Below are positions 26,684-37,266 of a stretch of DNA of 64,000 nt, one piece after another. Every line of letters starts with the position of its first letter. The stretch's first letter is position 1. Position numbers and translations under genes: made by a program. The notes beneath the pieces are model-generated. The model worked only from the letters and a program-made list of their open reading frames with translations. It was not told the origin of the DNA and made no database searches. The DNA is taken from the NCBI GenBank assembly GCA_964515405.1, contig CAZERD010000002.1:1568-65567 (forward strand), read 5' to 3'. This stretch comes from an uncultured Desulfurellales bacterium. GTDB taxonomy: Bacteria; Campylobacterota_A; Desulfurellia; Desulfurellales; CAZERD01.

Positions 26684-27685
26684 GTGGAAAAAAGAGTTCT
26701 CAGCGGCATGAGGCCAACAGGCAAGCTCCATTTAGGCAATCTGTATGGAGCCCTGAACAACTGGGTGAAACTGGAGCAAGAAAACTACAAAAGATTCTAC
26801 TTTGTGGCCGATTTACATGCCCTCACCACAGGTTTCGACAACTCCCAAGACATACCCGATGATACTATAGAAATGGTTGTGGACTGGCTCGCGTTCGGAC
26901 TTTCATGGGAACGCAACACACTATTTATCCAATCCATGGTCAAGGAGCACTCCGAACTATTCCTCCTGCTATCCATGATAACACCCGTAGGATGGCTCGA
27001 AAGAGTTCCAACCTACAAAGAGCAAGTTGAACAACTGGGAGAGTCTAAAACATCAAATCTTGGTTTTCTGGCTTACCCTGTGTTAATGGCCGCTGATATC
27101 ATAATTTACAAGGCTTCATATGTACCTGTGGGCGTAGACCAACTTCCACACCTTGAATTCACTAGAGAGCTGGTAAGGAGATTTCATCATCTCACGAACA
27201 GCAAGGTGTTCATTGAACCGAAACCCATACTGGGCGAAACACCCAAGATACTTGGGCTCGACGGCAGAAAAATGAGCAAATCATATAACAACGCTATATA
27301 TCTTGCTGACTCAAGAGGAGAAATGGAAAAGAAAATAAGAATTATGTACACAGACCCAAGAAGAAAAAGGCGCACCGATCCGGGCGTAGCAGATGAATGC
27401 GGCGTATTTTACCTGCACAAGATCTTTACAAACATACCATTACAAAAAGAGATAAAAGAAAGCTGCTCAACAGCAGCTATAGGCTGTACAGACTGCAAAA
27501 AAATACTGGTGGACAACATGAACAAAGCTCTCGATCCGATAAGAGAAAAGAGGGAGTACTTTCTTAGCAGGAAGCAATGGATAATCGAAATGCTCAGGGA
27601 AGGAAGTAAAAAAGCATCAGAGGAAGCAAAGCAAACAATTGACGAGGTGAGGGGTGCTCTTTTTTCCACAGGATTCTATAGATAG
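26684..27685 (+). CDS. trpS: Tryptophan--tRNA ligase
   Basis: Class I motifs are present: GMRPTGKLHLGN (HIGH-like) and KMSKS. GVDQLPH is also present. The start is GTG. Confidence 0.95.
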   Translation: MEKRVLSGMRPTGKLHLGNLYGALNNWVKLEQENYKRFYFVADLHALTTGFDNSQDIPDDTIEMVVDWLAFGLSWERNTLFIQSMVKEHSELFLLLSMITPVGWLERVPTYKEQVEQLGESKTSNLGFLAYPVLMAADIIIYKASYVPVGVDQLPHLEFTRELVRRFHHLTNSKVFIEPKPILGETPKILGLDGRKMSKSYNNAIYLADSRGEMEKKIRIMYTDPRRKRRTDPGVADECGVFYLHKIFTNIPLQKEIKESCSTAAIGCTDCKKILVDNMNKALDPIREKREYFLSRKQWIIEMLREGSKKASEEAKQTIDEVRGALFSTGFYR

Positions 27686-28112
27686 ATGTTTTATAGACAA
27701 AGAAACAGAGCTTAACAATAAGGTGGGTTTGTTTTATCTGTTACACCACTTTCTTATACAGTATGAGAGATATGAAGACAATTGGGGCTTTATGCTCCTA
27801 AAAGTATCTGGAACAAACACCAACAAAAAAGCAATTGCCAGAATACTCAAAGCGCATTCTCGAAGAAGCGATATACTCTTTAACCTTGAAGGAGATTTCG
27901 GGGTGTTAACGAGGGTTTTCTCAGATACAGATCTAATATACTTTTCGCAAAGGCTGTTCTCTATCTTCAAAGAAAAAATACCTCATATTGATGTAAGATA
28001 CGGAATAACCTTCATGAAAAACGGCGATTCTCCCGAAAGCCTCACTCAAAGGGCTTTCAAAGCCGCAGAAAAAGCCTATTCGGAAGATACCCCTTACGCC
28101 ATAGTAGTATGA
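27654..28112 (+). CDS. Stand-alone degenerate GGDEF-like domain protein
   Basis: 152 aa, GTG start with a GAGGTGAGG RBS, overlapping the trpS 3' end by 32 nt. It is collinear with a GGDEF domain: D.ETELNN, then RRSDILFNLEGDFGVL in place of R.GG[DE]EF, then a C-terminal AF.AAEKAY. The first metal-binding D-x-D-x-F-K segment is missing. Confidence 0.5.
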   Translation: MLFFPQDSIDRCFIDKETELNNKVGLFYLLHHFLIQYERYEDNWGFMLLKVSGTNTNKKAIARILKAHSRRSDILFNLEGDFGVLTRVFSDTDLIYFSQRLFSIFKEKIPHIDVRYGITFMKNGDSPESLTQRAFKAAEKAYSEDTPYAIVV

Positions 28113-28203
28113 TGAAGAATGAGAACAAGAAAAAGACCATCTGCTATAGAATACATCTGATGAAGAAAATATCGTGAGAAAACACGGGTAAAGGAAACGT
28201 GTC

Positions 28204-29004
28204 ATGGAGCAAGTTCGCAATGATGAGATAGATATAAACAAACTCTTGCATACCATAAAAAAACACAAATGGATCGTCCTTATAGTTACCTTCATAATCA
28301 CTGCTGCAGGAATAGTATATTCAATCTCCACAACACCCGTGTACGAAGTCACAGGAATAGTAGACCTCGGAAGCATACCCTTACTTAGAGGAAAACACTA
28401 CTCCCCCATCGAGGAAATATACAAGATAAAGAATCGGTTTATGGGGAATAACAAATACCCCAAACTCGTAAGCGCTTCCAATCCCAAGGACACAAACCTG
28501 GTAGAACTAAGGGTTAAAGGGTATTCCATAAAAAATGCCCGCGCTCTGTTGAATAGGATTGGAAAAACCATCGTAACCGAAAGAAACAGCATAATACTAA
28601 AATATAAACACCTCCTAACATCGTCTGAAAAGGCAATAGACAAAGAAAAACAAAATATGCTCTCCAGAGAACACTATATAAAACATCTGCTGGCGGGGGA
28701 AATATCTCCCTCAAAAAACAAACCCAGCAGCTCCACTGGACTGCTAATCGCCCTCATAAAAAACCGTATGGAAAACGATTTAAATGGTATAACGCAAACC
28801 ATCTCCAGACTAAACCTGGAGAAATTAAAGATCGACCAGGACATACTTAGAATCATTCCTGCACACTTTTCCTCAACAACCAAAGCCACGATAGTAAAGC
28901 CGAACAAAAAGCTAATTATAACACTCTCCTTGCTCATAGGTTTCATAACGGGGGTATTACTATCCCTAATTGTTGATACACTCAAAGAAAAAAACTATAC
29001 ATGA
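28204..29004 (+). CDS. Wzz-like polysaccharide chain-length determinant protein
   Basis: N-terminus DEIDINKLLHTIKKHKWIVLIVTFIITAAGIVYS (Wzz domain plus TM1), a helical periplasmic region, and a C-terminal TM. Confidence 0.7.
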   Translation: MEQVRNDEIDINKLLHTIKKHKWIVLIVTFIITAAGIVYSISTTPVYEVTGIVDLGSIPLLRGKHYSPIEEIYKIKNRFMGNNKYPKLVSASNPKDTNLVELRVKGYSIKNARALLNRIGKTIVTERNSIILKYKHLLTSSEKAIDKEKQNMLSREHYIKHLLAGEISPSKNKPSSSTGLLIALIKNRMENDLNGITQTISRLNLEKLKIDQDILRIIPAHFSSTTKATIVKPNKKLIITLSLLIGFITGVLLSLIVDTLKEKNYT

Positions 29005-29536
29005 ACGTACTCGTCACAGGAGACACAGGGGTATATCAGGCTCCCACACAGCCGTGCACATCCTGGAACACACATCTTACAATTTAGTCATCGTAGACCA
29101 CCTGACCACAGGATTTAAGCGTACAATTGATAAGCATACACAGCAACACAGAACATGAAATCACTACTTGAACGCTTCAAATCCAGTTCTGTTATACCCT
29201 TCCATTACCGCACTAAGACGGAACCTGTATCAGAAACTACACACATATTGAGGATCCGGCCTAGGCCCATGCACTGGCTCTGAAGTAGATGAAAACGGAG
29301 TATACACTGAAAATTCCGCGTTCAATGCGGGTATGGATACTCAGTGAAAGAGATAGTCTACATAATGAAAGAAGTGAGCAGCACTGATTTCCCCGTTAAA
29401 ATAACAAACAGAAAAGAAGAAGACCCCATCATGCTTGTAGCCGACTCCTCCAAGATAAGAAACACTCTTGGCTAAAACACAAAGCACGATGACATAAAAC
29501 ACATATGCAAAAGAGCATTTGAATGGAAACCCTGAT
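29001..29536 (+). pseudogene. galE: Decayed UDP-glucose 4-epimerase (galE) remnant
   Basis: GalE-like peptides appear in shifting frames. They include MNVLVTGDTGV, then (after a frameshift) GSHTAVHILEHTSYNLVIVDHLTTGFK. Next come DGTCIRNYTHIEDPA*AHALALK* and FNAG..GYSVKEIVYIMKEVSSTDFPVKITNRKEEDPIMLVADSSKIRNTLG*. The last fragment is ..ICKRAFEWKP*. The central part of the gene (roughly residues 50-210) is absent. Confidence 0.8.
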
Positions 29537-29542
29537 TTCTAG

Positions 29543-29571
29543 TTGACATATGTAAAATCATATGCTATATA
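29543..29571 (+). promoter_or_regulatory. Sigma-70-like promoter for the NCS1 permease gene
   Basis: TTGACA (29543-29548), 17-nt spacer, TATATA (29566-29571). Confidence 0.5.
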
Positions 29572-29597
29572 TTTCACAAACTCGTATGGAGAATGCT

Positions 29598-30866
29598 ATG
29601 CCCCTCTCCATTGAAAAAATAGGAATAGAACACATACCAAACGAACTGAGACATGGTAAACCCTTCAGCGTGCTCACTCTGTGGTTTGCCGCCAATCTCA
29701 CAGTGGCAGATTTCGCTTTAGGGGGTCTGCTAAAGGGCATGGGTCCAGGGTGGGCTGCAATTGTGATAATAGTGGGTAACCTCCTGGGAGGTACACTATT
29801 AGGCCTGATGGCTACAATGGGCCCTTCCTTTGGATACCCACAAATGATCATATCACAAACAATGTTCGGCAGAGTACCAAATATCCTATTCGCGATACTG
29901 AATTGGTTATCAACTGTGGGATGGTTCACAGTCAATATAATTCTTGGCGGAAAAGCTCTACATATGTTGGGCGTCCCGTTTCTGCTCGGAGTAACTCTTC
30001 TCACAGTCATACAGGTATTCATAGCCGTATATGGTCACGACTTCATTCATCTATTTGAGAAAGCAATGTCCGTGGTGCTGGGAATAATGTTTCTTATCAT
30101 AACAATAACCTCCATAAAACACGGAATAACTCTCCACCAGCATTCCCCCAGCAGTACATATGTGATCGGTATGATTGCTGTCGTGTTCTCCTATCTCATG
30201 AGTTGGTCCCCTTATGCCAGCGATTACTCAAGATACCTCCCTAAGAAAACATCAAAGCTCAAGCTATTTTTATACACACTACTGGGCGGTGCAATTGCCA
30301 GCGCTTGGCTTGAATTTATAGGCTATCTCATCTCATCCAAAACCTCTTTAGGGCCCATAGCATCCATGCCCATAATAACAGGAAGATTAGCCCCCCTTGC
30401 CCTATTGGCCATAGTGCTCGGTGTTGTAACAGCCAATTCACTGAATCTATACACAAATTCACTCTCTGCCCTCGTAGTATACAACAAAGCAAACAGAAAA
30501 ACTACTGTACTGCTAGCTGCTGCTATCGGATTTGCTCTTTGTATCGCAGGAGCCTCCAACTTTGAACATTTCTATTCGGACTTTCTCATAACGCTCGACT
30601 ACTGGATAACACCATGGATAGGTGTAATGGTTGCCATGTTTTTCTTTAAAAAAACAAAGAATACAAACAGTAATGTAGTATGGAGGGGATTAGCCTCCTA
30701 CATCATAGGCCTCGTAGCATCCATACCATTTATGAATCTAACCTATTATGGAATACCTTACGAGGGAGCAGTAGCAAAGCTTATGAGCGGTTCCGACATA
30801 AGCTACTTCGTATCATTCTTCATATCATTTATGCTCGCCTCGCTCATACCCGGAGATTTCTATTGA
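29598..30866 (+). CDS. NCS1-family (purine-cytosine/nucleobase) permease
   Basis: N-terminus IE.IP..ER.G....L..LWFAANL.V, 12 TM segments, CodB/FCY2-like pattern. ATG at 29598 has GGAG 6 nt upstream and lies downstream of the predicted promoter. Confidence 0.75.
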   Translation: MPLSIEKIGIEHIPNELRHGKPFSVLTLWFAANLTVADFALGGLLKGMGPGWAAIVIIVGNLLGGTLLGLMATMGPSFGYPQMIISQTMFGRVPNILFAILNWLSTVGWFTVNIILGGKALHMLGVPFLLGVTLLTVIQVFIAVYGHDFIHLFEKAMSVVLGIMFLIITITSIKHGITLHQHSPSSTYVIGMIAVVFSYLMSWSPYASDYSRYLPKKTSKLKLFLYTLLGGAIASAWLEFIGYLISSKTSLGPIASMPIITGRLAPLALLAIVLGVVTANSLNLYTNSLSALVVYNKANRKTTVLLAAAIGFALCIAGASNFEHFYSDFLITLDYWITPWIGVMVAMFFFKKTKNTNSNVVWRGLASYIIGLVASIPFMNLTYYGIPYEGAVAKLMSGSDISYFVSFFISFMLASLIPGDFY

Positions 30867-30918
30867 CTCTTCTGGCCCAAGTCCATAAATTTAAACTACA
30901 ATCATAATGGAGGGAAGC

Positions 30919-32253
30919 ATGGAAGTTGTCGTGGTTGGTGGCGATGCGGCGGGGATGAGTGCTGCCAGTCAGATAAAGAGAAGAATAGGTAGAGAAGCAC
31001 ATGTAATAGCATTGGAAAAGAGCGGGGATGTATCATACAGTGCATGCAGCATGCCTTACAACATAGCCCTCATGAGAGATACAGATGACTTACTGGCAGT
31101 AAGGGCGGAAGACTTTATAAATAGAAGGGGCATAGATCTAAGGCTGTTTAATGAGGCCATAAACCTAAATCCAAAAAACCACGAAGTCACCGTCAAGGAC
31201 CATAGGAATGAAAAAATCTACACCATTAGATACGATAAGCTTATGATAGCAACGGGAGCTTCAGCCATTGTACCTCCCGTGAAGGGACTGCAGAGGGAAG
31301 GGGTATTCACACTCAAGGAACTAAACGATGCACGCAGGATTAAGGAATACATAAGAAAACATTTACCCAAAAAAGCTATTCTCATAGGGGCAGGATTCGT
31401 GAACCTTGAGTTATCAGAAACCTTTCACAAGCTCGGTATGGAAGTCATCATACTTGAGAAAATGCCCACCATATTACCCCTATACGAAGAAGAAATACGT
31501 AACAGAGTGCTAAAAGAGTTAGACAAGCACAACATCAAGGTTCTAACAGGTGTTGAAATCCAAAGGATAGATGACCCTTTATCCATATCCACCAATGCAG
31601 GTACGTTCAAAGGGGATCTGATCAATATAGCAATAGGAATCAAACCTAACACACATTTCCTCGTAGACAGCGGCGTAACCGTTGACCACAGAGGAGCAAT
31701 AATCATTGATAGATACGCCAGAACCAACCAGCCAAACATATACGCAGGAGGTGATTGTGCCCTGATATACCATAGACTACTGAATAGAAACGTGTACATA
31801 CCGCTTGGAACAAACGCTAATAAGATTGGGCGGCTTGCTGGGGCCAATATATGTGGAGCAAACGAGGAATTCCCCGGAATAGTAGGATCAAATATATTCA
31901 AGTTGTTTAACATAGGTATAGCAAAAACCGGATTATCGCTGGAGGAAGCCAAACGTGAAGGATACAATGCATTCAAAACAACCATAAAAACAAGGATGCG
32001 CGCCCATGGATATCCTAACGAAGGAACAGTAACCATCTCACTCATAACAGAAAAAGGCTCAGGCAAACTTTTAGGAGGGCAGATAGTCTCAGAGGGAGAG
32101 GGCGCCATGAGAATAAATTCCATAGCAACAGCACTGTATGGGGGTTTCTCAATAAAAGACGTTCAGGCCATTGATTTTGCTTACGCTCCTCCATACTCCC
32201 CAGTATGGGACCCCATACTGGTCTGCGCTAACCAAGCAGCAAAGGGGGTCTAA
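30919..32253 (+). CDS. Pyridine nucleotide-disulfide oxidoreductase, CoA-disulfide reductase / NADH oxidase family
   Basis: FAD fold VVVVGGDAAGMSAA. A single redox Cys context, SYSACSMPY, matches this family. The NAD fold is ILIGAGFVNLE and GDC is present. A C-terminal dimerisation domain follows. Confidence 0.75.
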   Translation: MEVVVVGGDAAGMSAASQIKRRIGREAHVIALEKSGDVSYSACSMPYNIALMRDTDDLLAVRAEDFINRRGIDLRLFNEAINLNPKNHEVTVKDHRNEKIYTIRYDKLMIATGASAIVPPVKGLQREGVFTLKELNDARRIKEYIRKHLPKKAILIGAGFVNLELSETFHKLGMEVIILEKMPTILPLYEEEIRNRVLKELDKHNIKVLTGVEIQRIDDPLSISTNAGTFKGDLINIAIGIKPNTHFLVDSGVTVDHRGAIIIDRYARTNQPNIYAGGDCALIYHRLLNRNVYIPLGTNANKIGRLAGANICGANEEFPGIVGSNIFKLFNIGIAKTGLSLEEAKREGYNAFKTTIKTRMRAHGYPNEGTVTISLITEKGSGKLLGGQIVSEGEGAMRINSIATALYGGFSIKDVQAIDFAYAPPYSPVWDPILVCANQAAKGV

Positions 32254-33629
32254 TGAAATACATTAGCACAAGAGGAGGAATCACACCTATACCCTTTAAA
32301 AAAGCTGTAATGATGGGGCTAGCCAGCGATGGAGGACTCATAGTGCCAGAGTCCATTCCATATCTCAATCCCAAAAATTTCAGAAGAGGAATAAGCTATA
32401 CAGAACTTGCCGTTGAGATACTCAAACTTTTTATTGATGATATACCCGAGTACGACATAGCTAACATGATACAACGCAGCTACTCAACGTTTGATACACC
32501 TGATGTAGCACCACTGGTGAGAAAAAACGGTATTTTTTTACTGGAACTGTTCCACGGACCTACACTTGCTTTCAAAGACATAGCGCTCCAGTTCCTTGGC
32601 AATCTCTTTGAATATATATTGAGTGAAACAGGCGAGAATCTAAATGTACTTGGAGCAACCAGTGGAGATACCGGGAGTGCCGCAATCCATGGTCTCAGGG
32701 GAAGAAAGGGAATAAACATATTCATACTACACCCCCACGGCGGCGTAAGCAGCATCCAAGAACTGCAAATGACCACTGTAACGGATCCAAACGTGTTTAA
32801 TATAGCTATAAAAGGAACATTTGACGATTGCCAAAAAATAATCAAAGAAATCTTTTCAGACGTTGGGTTCAAAGAGAAATATAAATTGGGTTCTGTGAAT
32901 TCCATAAACTTCGCAAGAATCCTGGCCCAAATAGTGTATTACTTCTATGGATACATCCAAAGCAATAAGTCAGAGGTAGCTTTTAGTGTTCCTACAGGGA
33001 ACTTCGGCGACATATTCGCCGGATATCTAGCCAAAAGAATGGGGCTTCCTATACAAAAACTGATACTAGCAACCAATAAAAACGACATACTCACCAGATT
33101 TGTTAGGCAAGGAGATTACAGTATCAGGGGTGTCGTAAGAACACTTGCACCCTCAATGGACATACAGATAGCAAGCAACCTTGAAAGATACGTCTACTAC
33201 CTCTACAATTGCAATAGTACACTCACGAAAAACACCTTTGAAGCATTCCTGAAAACGGGTAAGACCCAGTTCAACAAAGACATATTGAAAAAAATCCAGG
33301 AGGATTTCATCTCATTCAGCGCTTCTGAGGAAGACATACTGTCAACCATAAGAAAATTCTACAAAAACACAGGATGCATGATCGACCCCCATACCGCCTG
33401 TGGGGTGAACGCTGCCAACCTTTCCGGCTTACAGGAGCCTATATGCCTTGCCACAGCTCATCCAGCCAAGTTCCCCGAAGCAGTCAAAGCAGCTACAGGG
33501 ATTTACCCAAGAGAACCAGAAAGTATAAAAAACTTGAAGAATAGAGAAAAACGATTTATACTAATGCCCAGCAGCACCAAGAAAGTAAAAGACTTTATAG
33601 TAGCAAATCTCTCCCAAAGCAAGGCATAA
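32253..33629 (+). CDS. thrC: Threonine synthase (long form)
   Basis: N-terminus MKYISTRGG. The PLP-lysine motif [10 protein letters not shown] is present. Also has [11 protein letters not shown]. Confidence 0.9.
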   Translation: MKYISTRGGITPIPFKKAVMMGLASDGGLIVPESIPYLNPKNFRRGISYTELAVEILKLFIDDIPEYDIANMIQRSYSTFDTPDVAPLVRKNGIFLLELFHGPTLAFKDIALQFLGNLFEYILSETGENLNVLGATSGDTGSAAIHGLRGRKGINIFILHPHGGVSSIQELQMTTVTDPNVFNIAIKGTFDDCQKIIKEIFSDVGFKEKYKLGSVNSINFARILAQIVYYFYGYIQSNKSEVAFSVPTGNFGDIFAGYLAKRMGLPIQKLILATNKNDILTRFVRQGDYSIRGVVRTLAPSMDIQIASNLERYVYYLYNCNSTLTKNTFEAFLKTGKTQFNKDILKKIQEDFISFSASEEDILSTIRKFYKNTGCMIDPHTACGVNAANLSGLQEPICLATAHPAKFPEAVKAATGIYPREPESIKNLKNREKRFILMPSSTKKVKDFIVANLSQSKA

Positions 33630-33640
33630 TAGCCTTACTC

Positions 33641-33669
33641 TTTACAAAAGTGGGGTTTTGATATATAAT
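33641..33669 (+). promoter_or_regulatory. Sigma-70-like promoter for rpsO-pnp
   Basis: TTTACA (33641-33646), 17-nt spacer, TATAAT (33664-33669). Confidence 0.55.
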
Positions 33670-33702
33670 CACTTGGGTAAAAAACTAAAGGAGAGTAGGG
33701 AA

Positions 33703-33972
33703 ATGGGTTTAGACAAGGAGAGAAAAAAAGAGATAATTAAAATGTTCGGAGCCAATGAAAACGATACCGGTTCCCCCGCCGTCCAGATTGCCCTCCTGAC
33801 AGAGAGGATAAAGTATCTAACCGAGCATTTTAAAAAGAATCCCAAAGACTTTCACTCAAGGGTGGGTCTTCTAAAGATAGTCGGCAAGAGAAGAAGGTTA
33901 ATGAGATATTTGAAGAACACAGACTTCAACACCTACAAAAAGGTTGTAGAACGACTGGGCTTGAAGGGCTGA
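33703..33972 (+). CDS. rpsO: 30S ribosomal protein S15
   Basis: 89 aa. Contains [50 protein letters not shown]. Confidence 0.95.
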   Translation: MGLDKERKKEIIKMFGANENDTGSPAVQIALLTERIKYLTEHFKKNPKDFHSRVGLLKIVGKRRRLMRYLKNTDFNTYKKVVERLGLKG

Positions 33973-33979
33973 CGGGAGC

Positions 33980-36064
33980 ATGTTTGAATATGTAGAGACA
34001 ACAATAGAGGGCAAACGGTTTAAACTGGAAACAGGTAAATATGCGAAGCAAGCTGATGGCTCCTGTCTTATAAGATATGGGGACACGGTTCTTTTAGCCA
34101 CGGTGGTATCATCTAAAGAGGAACCAGAGGAATTTCTTGACTTCTTTCCATTAACGGTCAACTATCAGGAAAAATTCTACGCAGTTGGTAAAATTCCAGG
34201 AGGATTCATCAAGAGGGAAGGCAAACCCTCTGTTGAGGAAACGCTAATTTCAAGACTAATAGATAGATCTATAAGACCTTTATTCCCCAAGGACTACAAA
34301 CAAGAAACCCAGGTTATAGTCACAACGCTCAGCTCGGATCAACAAAGCGACCCTGCTGTCTTGGGAATTACAGCAGCTTCATGTGCACTGATGCTTTCAG
34401 ATATCCCCTTTTCAGGACCCATCGCGGGAATAAGAGTCGGCAAGATAAATGGCAAACTCAAAGGGTTCATACCAACAAACTTCATAGAAGAGTCTACTCT
34501 GAACCTCATAATAGCAGGAGGTTGGGATACTATAAATATGATAGAGTCAGGGTCAAAAATGGTCTCCGAGGACGAAATGGTGGAAGCCATTATGTTTGGT
34601 AAAGAAAAATTAAAAGAAGTACTATCTCTTGAGGAAGAACTCGTCGAGAAGGCCGGTAAACCTAAGAGAGAGTATATACCCTTTGATGTTTCCGATGAGC
34701 TTATCAACAGAATAGACAGCATGGTGGCCTTAAAACTCAAAGAAGCTCTCTCTATAGTAGAAAAACAGAAGAGAAACTCAAAAATAGACGAGATAAGAAA
34801 AAGTGTGATCGACAGGGTAAAAGAGGAGTACGAGGACCCAAACATAGAACTCAAAGCAAAATTAGCCTTTGAGGACGTACTCAAAGAGTTAGTGAGACTG
34901 AAGATAATCTCTGAGGGCAAAAGAATTGACGGCAGGGATCTAGATGATATAAGACCTATTGTATGCGAAGTAGGAATACTCCCAAGGACTCATGGTTCAA
35001 GCACATTCACAAGAGGAGAAACACAGGCGCTGGTTGCCACAACACTTGGATCAAAAGATGATATGCAAATGATAGATGACATAGAGGGAGAAAGGTATGA
35101 GAGATTCATGCTACACTACAACTTCCCACCGTTCTCAACAGGCGAAATAAAGCGTCTCGGGGCCCCTGGGAGAAGGGAAATAGGGCATGGCGCTTTGGCC
35201 AAAAGAGCCCTTGAACCCGTAATACCATCCGAAGAAGAATTCCCCTATGCGATAAGGGTAGTTTCTGATATACTTGAATCCAACGGCTCTAGTTCAATGG
35301 CAACGGTATGCGGAGCTACGTTATCACTTATGGATGCCGGAGTACCCATAAAGGCACCTGTAAGTGGAGTAGCCATGGGGCTAATAAGCGCTGAAAACGA
35401 GTATTTCATACTAACAGACATACTGGGTGATGAGGACCACTATGGAGATATGGATTTCAAAGTAGCCGGCACAAAGGAAGGCATAACTGCTCTTCAAATG
35501 GATATAAAGATAACTGGGGTAACCGCCGAAATGCTGAAGGTTGCACTGGACAAAGCAAAGAAAGCAAGAATGTTTATACTGAACAAAATGCTCGAAACTA
35601 TCCCAGAACCCAGAAGGGAACTCTCAAAGTACGCACCCAAGATAGCCCAACTCCAAATAAATCCCGATAAGATAAAAGACCTAATAGGACCGAACGGAAA
35701 GACAATCAAAGCTCTAATAGAACAGACAGGAGTAAAAATAGACATTTCCCCCGACGGCAAGGTCACAGTGTACGGAGGTATGGGGTCCGATATGGACAAG
35801 GCAGTGGAGATAATAAAGGACTTAACCACAGTGATAGAAGAAAATGGCATATATGAGGGCGTCGTATCAAGAATAGAAAGTTACGGTGCCTTTGTAAAAC
35901 TTACAAGCAATCAGGAAGGACTTCTTCACATATCCCAGATATCAAATGAGAGAATACGCTCCGTCTCCGACGTACTCAAAGTGGGAGATAAGATAAAAGT
36001 TAAGGTTGCCAATATAGATAAGTTCGGACGAATCTCCCTGAGTAGAAAATCCTTAAAGGACTGA
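33980..36064 (+). CDS. pnp: Polyribonucleotide nucleotidyltransferase (PNPase)
   Basis: Two RNase PH domains (GRxDGR region, TRGETQAL, MDFKVAGT..GITALQMDIK), followed by KH and S1 domains. Confidence 0.95.
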   Translation: MFEYVETTIEGKRFKLETGKYAKQADGSCLIRYGDTVLLATVVSSKEEPEEFLDFFPLTVNYQEKFYAVGKIPGGFIKREGKPSVEETLISRLIDRSIRPLFPKDYKQETQVIVTTLSSDQQSDPAVLGITAASCALMLSDIPFSGPIAGIRVGKINGKLKGFIPTNFIEESTLNLIIAGGWDTINMIESGSKMVSEDEMVEAIMFGKEKLKEVLSLEEELVEKAGKPKREYIPFDVSDELINRIDSMVALKLKEALSIVEKQKRNSKIDEIRKSVIDRVKEEYEDPNIELKAKLAFEDVLKELVRLKIISEGKRIDGRDLDDIRPIVCEVGILPRTHGSSTFTRGETQALVATTLGSKDDMQMIDDIEGERYERFMLHYNFPPFSTGEIKRLGAPGRREIGHGALAKRALEPVIPSEEEFPYAIRVVSDILESNGSSSMATVCGATLSLMDAGVPIKAPVSGVAMGLISAENEYFILTDILGDEDHYGDMDFKVAGTKEGITALQMDIKITGVTAEMLKVALDKAKKARMFILNKMLETIPEPRRELSKYAPKIAQLQINPDKIKDLIGPNGKTIKALIEQTGVKIDISPDGKVTVYGGMGSDMDKAVEIIKDLTTVIEENGIYEGVVSRIESYGAFVKLTSNQEGLLHISQISNERIRSVSDVLKVGDKIKVKVANIDKFGRISLSRKSLKD

Positions 36065-36069
36065 GATAC

Positions 36070-37266
36070 ATGAAAATAGAAATCATAAACAGGGACACTA
36101 AGAGTGTCAGCGTGGGAATCTTTGTGCCGGTGGGTAGCGCCCACGAAAGGGACGAAGAACGGGGAATAGCTCATTTCATAGAACACATGCTCTTCAAGGG
36201 AACAACAAAAAGAACCTACAGGGATATAGCTGTTGAGATGGACAGACTAGGAGGCATGATCAATGCGTTCACGGGTCGTGAATTTACATGTTTTTTTATA
36301 AAGGTATTGAGAGACTACCTGAACGAAGCCTTTGAAATACTCACTGACTTACTAAGCCACCCTCTCATAGACGAAACGGAGCTTGAAAAGGAAAAAGGGG
36401 TCATACTTGAAGAAATAAACATGAGCGAAGATACACCCGATGAACATGTGTTTGATGTGTTCATGAAAAATGCAATAACCACAGAATTGAGACATCCCAT
36501 ATTAGGTAAAAGAAAACTCATAGAAACATATAAAAGAGATGATCTTCTAAGGTTCATGGGCAGATATTACAAACCTGATAATTTTATCCTTGCAGCAGTA
36601 GGGGGGATAGCAAAAACCTTCAACTTCAGCATAAATGGAAACTTCACGTTCAAAGACTACTTTGAACCCGCAGAGATTTCCAAAGCATCCTTTGGTTTCA
36701 AAAGAGGAATAGACACGGTTAAAAGAGAACTCAACGCCACCAACATCGTCATAGGAACACCCACAGTGGGAAGAAACGACGATAGAAAATATAGTGCCAT
36801 ATTACTAAACGACATACTGGGCGGAACCATGAGTTCTCGACTATTCCAGAAACTGAGGGAAGAAATGTCTTTATGTTATTACATCTCTTCATCACTGAAT
36901 CTCTATGAGAACGGGGGACTTTTAACCATAAGCTCAGCCACATCAAACGAAACAGCCCCAAAACTCATATCTGCCATTAGGGATGAGTTTGAACTACTGA
37001 AGAAAAACTATATATCCGAAACCGAGCTTGAGAACGCAAAAACCCACTACAAGGGCTCCTATGCATTGTCAGTGGAAAACAATCATGCCCTCATGATGAA
37101 ACTTGGGACAGACAACATAGTCTATGGAAGGTACATAGAAGAAGATTACATTTTTGACAGGATAGATAGAGTAACAATGGATGAAGTCGTGGAAATCATC
37201 GACACGATAGATCTAAACAACTTCCACCTTACGGCCTTAGGGAATATCAACACAGTGGAGTGGTAA
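36070..37266 (+). CDS. M16-family (pitrilysin-like) zinc peptidase
   Basis: Inverted zinc motif HFIEHMLFKGT, downstream Glu region, and two M16 halves. Confidence 0.8.
   Translation: MKIEIINRDTKSVSVGIFVPVGSAHERDEERGIAHFIEHMLFKGTTKRTYRDIAVEMDRLGGMINAFTGREFTCFFIKVLRDYLNEAFEILTDLLSHPLIDETELEKEKGVILEEINMSEDTPDEHVFDVFMKNAITTELRHPILGKRKLIETYKRDDLLRFMGRYYKPDNFILAAVGGIAKTFNFSINGNFTFKDYFEPAEISKASFGFKRGIDTVKRELNATNIVIGTPTVGRNDDRKYSAILLNDILGGTMSSRLFQKLREEMSLCYYISSSLNLYENGGLLTISSATSNETAPKLISAIRDEFELLKKNYISETELENAKTHYKGSYALSVENNHALMMKLGTDNIVYGRYIEEDYIFDRIDRVTMDEVVEIIDTIDLNNFHLTALGNINTVEW

Noticed and set aside
28970-29158. 62-aa ORF (MLIHSKKKTIHERTRHRRH...)
   Set aside because: It is not an independent gene. 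Its C-terminal half (GSHTAVHILEHTSYNLVIVDHLTTGFK) is one reading frame of the decayed galE remnant, and its N-terminal half is out-of-frame wzz sequence.
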